Source: an uncultured Thermoplasmatales archaeon (GTDB lineage: Archaea > Thermoplasmatota > E2 > DHVEG-1). Taken from it: DNA of 17,589 bases. A program made the translations under genes and the position numbers. The DNA lies in the NCBI GenBank assembly GCA_964533085.1, contig CAZHIY010000011.1, positions 1 through 17,589 on the forward strand, given 5' to 3'. Of this stretch, positions 15,214 through 17,589 are shown piece by piece. Position 1 is the stretch's first letter. Every line of letters begins with the position of its first letter. The notes under the pieces were generated by a model. It did not search any database. It saw only the letters and a list, made by a program, of their open reading frames with translations, and was not told the origin of the DNA.

Positions 15214-15571
15214 GAAAGTGATAACATGTATTGTTTGCCCAATTGGCTGCAAAATATTAGTTAGAACAGATGGTAAGTATTTTGAAATCTCCAATGGAAA
15301 TAAGTGTATTAAGGGTGTCGAATATGCAAAAGCTGAAGCTCTTGATCCCAAAAGAATGCTTACTAGCTCAGTTCTTGTAAAAAATGGCGAATGGTCACTT
15401 GTCAGTGTTAAAAGTTCTAAACCTGTTCCTAAAAATAAATTATTTCAAGTTTTAAAACAAATAAGGGAAGTGAAAGTTGATGCACCAGTTTTGCTTGGAC
15501 AAAATATGATAAAAAACGTTGCAAATACTGGAATTAATATTATTGCGACTAAATCGGTTAAAAGAGTGTAA
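15203..15571 (+). CDS. DUF1667-domain protein (small Cys-containing third subunit of G3PDH/NOX-type complexes)
   Basis: About 122 aa. N-terminal ITCIVCPIGCKI...GNKCIKG Cys pattern and size are typical of DUF1667. GGAGGT lies 9 nt upstream of the ATG. The start overlaps the upstream stop by 11 nt. Confidence 0.7.
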   Translation: MTDEKVITCIVCPIGCKILVRTDGKYFEISNGNKCIKGVEYAKAEALDPKRMLTSSVLVKNGEWSLVSVKSSKPVPKNKLFQVLKQIREVKVDAPVLLGQNMIKNVANTGINIIATKSVKRV

Positions 15572-15605
15572 ATATTTGCTATTTTTTATCTGATTTTTAG
15601 GAGAT

Positions 15606-15616
15606 TTTATATATAG
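15606..15616 (+). promoter_or_regulatory. Candidate TATA box (TTTTATATATA) upstream of hdrC
   Basis: It lies in the 108-nt AT-rich intergenic region after T-tracts (ATTTTTTATCTGATTTTT) that may terminate the upstream triad, about 65 nt upstream of ATG 15680. A second AT box (CTATAAATAA, 15641-15650) is an alternative. Confidence 0.25.
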
Positions 15617-15679
15617 AAATAAGATACAAATCTTGCAAAACTATAAATAATTAACACATGTTAATTGGAAGTGGTGTCT

Positions 15680-16207
15680 ATGGGTATCGTAGATTTGACT
15701 TCTATGGGGGAGTCACAGGTTAATCTTAGAAACGAAATAAATGAAAGATTATCAAGATTACAAGATGAAATATCTGATTATTGTTATCAATGTGCTAAGT
15801 GTACCTCGGGTTGTGAAGCTCATAAGTTACTTGAGCTTGAGCCACATAAAATTGTTGCTCTACTTAAAAGAGGTCTTATTGATGAGATGATTAATTCTGA
15901 TGTCATCTGGACTTGTATGAGTTGTTTTAAATGTCGTGAACGCTGTCCACAAAAAGTTGCTCCGGTTGAAATTTTATTTGCACTAAAAAACATGGCTGTT
16001 GCAAGTGGTAAACAGATACCTGGGAACTATACAGCAATGCTGCAGTCAGTTTTATCTATCGGTCTTTTACAAGATATAAAAAGTGTTACAACTCGTGATA
16101 ATAAGACAAAAAGTCGATCAGATTTTGGTCTTCCTGAAATTTCAAAACCAACTGATTCAACAAAATTTCAGATGATACTTTCAAAACTTGCAGTTGAAAA
16201 GGTTTAA
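15680..16207 (+). CDS. hdrC: Heterodisulfide reductase subunit C
   Basis: Two HdrC-type cluster motifs: CYQCAKCTSGCEA and CMSCFKCRERCPQ. ATG 15680 is preceded by GGAAGTGGTG. The TTG at 15665 in the track is less likely to be the start. Confidence 0.88.
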   Translation: MGIVDLTSMGESQVNLRNEINERLSRLQDEISDYCYQCAKCTSGCEAHKLLELEPHKIVALLKRGLIDEMINSDVIWTCMSCFKCRERCPQKVAPVEILFALKNMAVASGKQIPGNYTAMLQSVLSIGLLQDIKSVTTRDNKTKSRSDFGLPEISKPTDSTKFQMILSKLAVEKV

Positions 16208-16220
16208 GGGAGGTTTTTTA

Positions 16221-17093
16221 ATGAAAAGTTACGTGCTTTATCCCGGTTGCGTGATGCCAACCGAACAATATGCATATGAAATGTCAATTCGAGAAGTTTT
16301 TCCATTTCTAGATATAAAACTTGTAGATCTAAAGGATTTTTCTTGTTGTGGAGAACCTATTAAAAGCGTTAATCAAATGTTAGCTCTTGCATTATCCGCA
16401 AGAAATATTGCAATTGCCGAAAAAGAAGGCCTTGATATATTTGCTCCATGTCCAATGTGTCATTTGGCTCTTAGTGAAAGTAAAAGAATTCTTGATGCAG
16501 ATCCTGCTATGAAGGAAAAGATAAATAAGTTTCTTGCTGACGAAGGATTATCGTACAATGGTAAATCTGTTATTGTAAATACCCTTGATCTTCTATATGA
16601 CATTGTTGGTATTGATAAAATAAAGAATCTCGCCAAGAAACCCTTAAATGATCTCAAAGTTGCTACTCATTATGGATGTCATTTGATTAGACCAAGTGAA
16701 ATTGGTCGTCCAGATGACTCAGAAAATCCACAAAAAATGGAAAAAATACTTGAAGCAATTGGTGCAAAACCTATTGATTATCCAGAAAAACTTGATTGTT
16801 GTGGTGGATTATTAAATGCAAACCTTCCTGAATCAGCTCTTACTAAAACCGGTCAGAAACTTCAGAAAGTTCAAGAGCAAGGTTTTGATGCTTTTATTGA
16901 TACTTGCCCTTGGTGTCATCGTCAATATGATTCCAAACAAACCAAAGCAGGTGAAATTGTTGCTGCAAAACTGGAAGTTCCTGTTTTTTATCTAACTCAA
17001 CTCATAGGACTTTCATTTGGTATTTCTAGTGAAAAGCTTGGTCTTGATTTAAATCTGAGCCCCGTTGATAAACTTAATCTTGGAGGTAAATGA
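16221..17093 (+). CDS. hdrB: Heterodisulfide reductase subunit B (two CCG domains)
   Basis: MKSYVLYPGC..., then CCG motifs FSCCGEP ... CPMC and LDCCGG ... CPWC. SD AAGGGAGG lies 6-8 nt upstream of ATG 16221. The TTG at 16188 in the track would overlap hdrC and span the SD. Confidence 0.9.
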   Translation: MKSYVLYPGCVMPTEQYAYEMSIREVFPFLDIKLVDLKDFSCCGEPIKSVNQMLALALSARNIAIAEKEGLDIFAPCPMCHLALSESKRILDADPAMKEKINKFLADEGLSYNGKSVIVNTLDLLYDIVGIDKIKNLAKKPLNDLKVATHYGCHLIRPSEIGRPDDSENPQKMEKILEAIGAKPIDYPEKLDCCGGLLNANLPESALTKTGQKLQKVQEQGFDAFIDTCPWCHRQYDSKQTKAGEIVAAKLEVPVFYLTQLIGLSFGISSEKLGLDLNLSPVDKLNLGGK

Positions 17094-17094
17094 T

Positions 17095-17589
17095 ATGAGT
17101 AACAAAATTGGTTTTTTTGTTTGCCATTGTGGTATTAATATCTCCTCCACTGTTGATATAAAAGAACTTATGGACTATGCAAAAACATTAGATGGAGTTG
17201 TAATAAGTAAGGATTACAAGTATATGTGTTCCGATGTTGGTGCTAATATAATTAAAGACTCTATTAAAAAACATAAGATTGATAGTGTTGTTATCGCGTG
17301 TTGTTCTCCACGTATGCATGAGCATACCTTTAGAGGTGTGGTTGAAGCAGGTGGAGTGAATGCTTTTAATCTTGAGATAGCTAATATTAGAGAACAATGC
17401 TCGTGGGCTCATGAAGATAAAAAGCGAGCAACTGAAAAAGCAAAAGCACTAGTTCGCGGTTCTATTGCTAAAGCAAGACTTTTAGAATCCCTTGAAACGT
17501 CGAAGATAAAGGTCACACCAAAAGCACTTGTAGTTGGTGGTGGTATTGCTGGTATTCAAGCAGCTCTTGATATTGCAGAAGAAGGTCAT
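17095..17589 (+). CDS. hdrA: Heterodisulfide reductase subunit A (N-terminal 165 codons; 3' partial, runs off the window)
   Basis: It is absent from the ORF track because no stop falls in the window. ATG at 17095 lies 1 nt after the hdrB stop. Translation: MSNKIGFFVCHCGINISSTVD...YMCSDVG...VVIACCSPRMHEHTF...NIREQCSW...KALVVGGGIAGIQAALDIAEEGH. This is the typical HdrA N-terminal Fe-S domain followed by the FAD GxGxxG motif. Confidence 0.9.
   Translation, partial: MSNKIGFFVCHCGINISSTVDIKELMDYAKTLDGVVISKDYKYMCSDVGANIIKDSIKKHKIDSVVIACCSPRMHEHTFRGVVEAGGVNAFNLEIANIREQCSWAHEDKKRATEKAKALVRGSIAKARLLESLETSKIKVTPKALVVGGGIAGIQAALDIAEEGH

Noticed and set aside
12483-16220. Upstream TTG/alternative starts given by the ORF track (12483, 13936, 15200, 15665, 16188)
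   Set aside because: In each case an in-frame ATG slightly downstream has a better SD or TATA spacing and matches where family homology begins. The longer versions would overlap the preceding gene or read through the SD. 13936 remains a possible alternative.
117-17412. Short ORFs antisense to or overlapping the large genes (117-362, 960-1154, 1050-1256, 1540-1941, 2363-2554, 3790-3972, 4242-4457, 5761-5961, 6684-6989, 7206-7427, 8297-8620, 8939-9148, 13259-13441, 13917-14237, 14206-14391, 15109-15351, 16460-16657, 17188-17412)
   Set aside because: All lie inside or opposite well-supported CDSs (or across the tRNA at 5916-5987). Their translations are low-complexity with no recognisable motifs, and they lack SD or promoter context. 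They are shadow ORFs typical of AT-rich DNA.
1-17589. The window begins inside an HdrA-type gene (about 35-40 residues after the FAD GxGxxG region would be expected) and ends at residue 165 of an HdrA gene, just after GGGIAGIQAALDIAEEGH. The two pieces would fit together as one gene if the sequence were circular or wrapped
   Set aside because: This cannot be tested from the window. The missing ~100 nt linker is not present, a 17.6-kb circle carrying glnS, tRNAs and housekeeping redox genes is implausible, and two HdrA paralogues in one region is common. It is worth checking against the parent contig: if the ends do join, the operon would be hdrC-hdrB-hdrA/gltD fusion-rubrerythrin.
1-17589. 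CRISPR arrays, IS elements, integrases, toxin-antitoxin or other defence/mobile signatures, including the idea that the tRNA-flanked glnS is an integrated mobile island
   Set aside because: I noticed no direct-repeat/spacer periodicity, no transposase, integrase or recombinase-like ORF, and no terminal inverted or direct repeats beyond the tRNA genes themselves, which are diverged isoacceptors rather than an att-site duplication. Base composition of glnS looks similar to its neighbours by eye.

Overview
AT-rich prokaryotic chromosomal segment (roughly one-third G+C judged by eye on sampled lines, not computed). It is most likely from an uncultured anaerobic archaeon: the tRNA-Gln genes have the archaeal A1-U72 acceptor end, AT-rich TATA-like boxes sit about 25-30 nt upstream of several genes, the content is Hdr-centred redox genes and NosD/PKD-type surface proteins, and GGAGG-type SD sites are also used. 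Left to right: (i) the 3' part of a giant HdrA-type flavoprotein with a nested GltD/NfnB-like NAD(P)H module and an extra ferredoxin domain, tightly followed by a rubrerythrin/ferritin-like di-iron protein. (ii) A divergent, enlarged ATP-type PEP-carboxykinase homologue and a small 2-TM protein. (iii) On the minus strand, a tRNA-Gln(CUG) - bacterial-type glnS - tRNA-Gln(UUG) cassette; glnS is interrupted by an in-frame TAA that is followed by 54 further codons of clearly recognisable GlnRS C-terminus. (iv) Two adjacent secreted proteins (beta-propeller-like + PKD, and NosD-like beta-helix + PKD-like) that share a C-terminal module; the second is split by a +1 frameshift in a G7 homopolymer. 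(v) Dodecin, a LarA-family protein, and a translationally coupled G3P-dehydrogenase-like / NOX-like / DUF1667 triad. (vi) hdrC-hdrB-hdrA, with hdrA running off the right edge. I saw no rRNA, CRISPR array, transposase or integrase. The most noteworthy items are the glnS/tRNA-Gln cassette with its in-frame stop, the nested HdrA-GltD-ferredoxin architecture, and the divergent PEPCK-like gene.
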